Assembly: GCA_010093745.1 (NCBI GenBank)
Contig: MU005991.1
Coordinates: 47,728 to 67,727 of the forward strand
DNA: 20,000 bases
Direction of reading: 5' to 3'
Source of the DNA: Piedraia hortae CBS 480.64
Taxonomy: Eukaryota
Made by a program: the position numbers and the translations under genes. Below are positions 18,423 to 20,000 of this stretch, in pieces. Position 1 is the stretch's first letter. Every line of letters starts with the position of its first letter. A model generated the notes under the pieces. That model was not told the DNA's origin and did no database searches. It saw nothing but the letters and a program-made list of their open reading frames with translations.

Positions 18423-19700
18423 ATGCCTCCCAAAAAACGAAAACCCTCCTCAAGCGAATATACCCACCCCTTCACCCCTTTCAACTTCCCCGGCTGGATC
18501 GAAATGGAATCCGAACCCGTCTTCTTCTCCGCAATCCTCCACGACCTTGGCGTTTGCGGCCTAAAATTTACAGAACTCTACAGTCTAGAAACCGACCATC
18601 TCCTTCCCCCCGTCTATGCACTTATATTCCTCTGTCGGTGGCGTCAGACAGACTCCCCCCGGCCTCAGGATGTTAATGATGATGATGATGATGATGATGA
18701 TGAAGGTGGTGGTCAAAATAAAATATGGTTCGCACAACAAACCCCCGAGTTCGCGTGTGCGACATTCGCGGTGCTGAATATCGTAATGAATCTTCAGGGT
18801 TTTGAGTTTGGGGAGGAGCTGGAGAGGTTTAAGGTTTTTACGGAAAATATGGGGTCGTTGGAGAGGGTTGATGCGATTGATAATTGGGAATTTGCGAAGA
18901 GAATTCATAATTCTTTTGCGAGGGGAAGGGAGGTTATGCTTGCGGATGCGCAGTACCTTCATAAATCCCGCATGATAAAACGACAGATGGCAGCGGAAAA
19001 AGCGTGTCAGACTCGTTTGAGGAAGAAACAGAAAGCGGGTGTTGGTGAGGAAAGGGAGGTGAAAACCTTCGTCAAATCCGGTAAACCTGGTGGACCTGCT
19101 TCGGCCGCTGAACCTGCTGCGTCTGCGCGTCGGTCGAAGAGGACTAAACCCAAACCTGAACTTCCTCTGGAAGAGGACGAGGGGGGTTTCCATTTTATTG
19201 CATACATGCCTATCTCTTCAGAGGTGTACATGCTCGACGGACTGCATCACTCGCCTGTTAGGCTTGGGTCGTTTGATGATAACTGGATGGCGGTAGCGCA
19301 GGAAGCGCTCAAGGGACGGATCGCGCAGTATGCGGAGGAGGATATCCAGTTTAATCTTATGGCTGTTGTTGATGATCCTTTGGTAAAAGCGGAGCAGAGG
19401 TTAGAGGGGATTGAGGCGCAGCTTAAGGAAAAACTGGGGGAGCAGTTCAAGGACGAGGAGGGGATTACAAATACAAGGGTAGAGGATTTGGAAAGCATGC
19501 CAGATGAGAAGGATGTCGTAGAAGCACTCCGCGCAGAGAGAGAGGAGCTTCTTAAACTGATTGATGAGTTGAAGAGGGAGGAGAGGGAAGAGATGATCAA
19601 AGTGAGGAATCGGAGACACGATTTTGAGGGGTTCGTAAGGATTTGGTTACGTGTCCTGGCGGAGAATGGAACGTTGGGGGAGTTGGTTAGGTGGCGTTAG
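18423..19700 (+). CDS. Ubiquitin C-terminal hydrolase (peptidase C12), UCH37/BAP1-like, 425 aa
   Basis: GWIEMESEP, VYALIFL, oxyanion Q and catalytic C in WFAQQTPEFACAT, HNSFAR, catalytic H in FHFIAY, D in LDGL, IQFNLMAV, coiled coil, and a C-terminal UCH37-like tail RRHDFEGFV..LAENGTL. N-terminal PPKKRK is NLS-like. Confidence 0.92.
   Translation: MPPKKRKPSSSEYTHPFTPFNFPGWIEMESEPVFFSAILHDLGVCGLKFTELYSLETDHLLPPVYALIFLCRWRQTDSPRPQDVNDDDDDDDDEGGGQNKIWFAQQTPEFACATFAVLNIVMNLQGFEFGEELERFKVFTENMGSLERVDAIDNWEFAKRIHNSFARGREVMLADAQYLHKSRMIKRQMAAEKACQTRLRKKQKAGVGEEREVKTFVKSGKPGGPASAAEPAASARRSKRTKPKPELPLEEDEGGFHFIAYMPISSEVYMLDGLHHSPVRLGSFDDNWMAVAQEALKGRIAQYAEEDIQFNLMAVVDDPLVKAEQRLEGIEAQLKEKLGEQFKDEEGITNTRVEDLESMPDEKDVVEALRAEREELLKLIDELKREEREEMIKVRNRRHDFEGFVRIWLRVLAENGTLGELVRWR
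18678..18701 (+). repeat. (GAT)8 coding microsatellite giving Asp8
   Basis: Eight perfect GAT units in frame within the UCH gene. Confidence 0.95.
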
Positions 19701-20000
19701 GCGGGGCAGAGTGGATAAACGCTGCGACATAGCGGGTGGTGGGGCGGAATGGAAGGGTGCTGAGAAAACAAGGCAGAGATTCTCATGAGTGTGTTGCTCA
19801 TTGCGTCTCGAGGACCACGAATGAACGGCGTAAGATGGTAGGTACGGTGAGCAATGGGTTGGTCATTTGGAGTGTAAACGTTATCTCCTACACAGAACAC
19901 CTCAGTACTGTCACCCCAGTACTGTCAGTGTTTTGAGCAAATATCAGGCGCAGTTTAGAGAATAATGTGATCAAGGTTACGGAGCTACTTGAAAGGCAAG

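Noticed and set aside
4854..19619. Many 60-204 aa ORFs antisense or out of frame to VPS4, SMC4, POM152 and UCH
   Set aside because: Shadow ORFs of long coding regions with biased composition; no recognisable motifs.
4808..19700. Functional nuclear-envelope/mitosis cluster (Vps4, Smc4, Pom152, UCH)
   Set aside because: Thematic coincidence is likely among housekeeping genes; the sequence gives no evidence of clustering without synteny data.
19903..19927. Direct repeat CAGTACTGTCA x2
   Set aside because: Only two 11-bp units 3 bp apart; a simple local duplication, not an array or element end.

Overview
Eukaryotic DNA from a compact filamentous-ascomycete genome. The kingdom call rests on short GT-AG introns with CTRAY branch sites and fungal Pom152; a Dothideomycete-like origin is inference only. 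Positions ~4.8-19.7 kb hold six apparently intact genes in three tight head-to-head pairs: VPS4 with prefoldin subunit 6, SMC4 with an uncharacterised conserved protein, and POM152 with a UCH37/BAP1-like deubiquitinase. Two decayed zones interrupt this: 1-4.1 kb (F-box gene with several lesions; APH/choline-kinase-like gene with one in-frame TAG) and 6.9-7.9 kb (LINE endonuclease relic; DUF3505/OrsD-like relic split by a T7-A35 tract). No rRNA, tRNA or CRISPR array was seen, and I cannot demonstrate a new multi-gene system. The best leads are: (i) the SMC4-divergent protein, which has an ATG-only first coding exon and a motif series resembling the animal recombination scaffold SPIDR; (ii) the NLS-bearing UCH paralogue with a duplicated, frameshifted start region; (iii) a self-complementary long SMC4 intron; (iv) alternating G-rich and C-rich blocks in the conserved genes. 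All family assignments are from recalled motifs; no searches were run.
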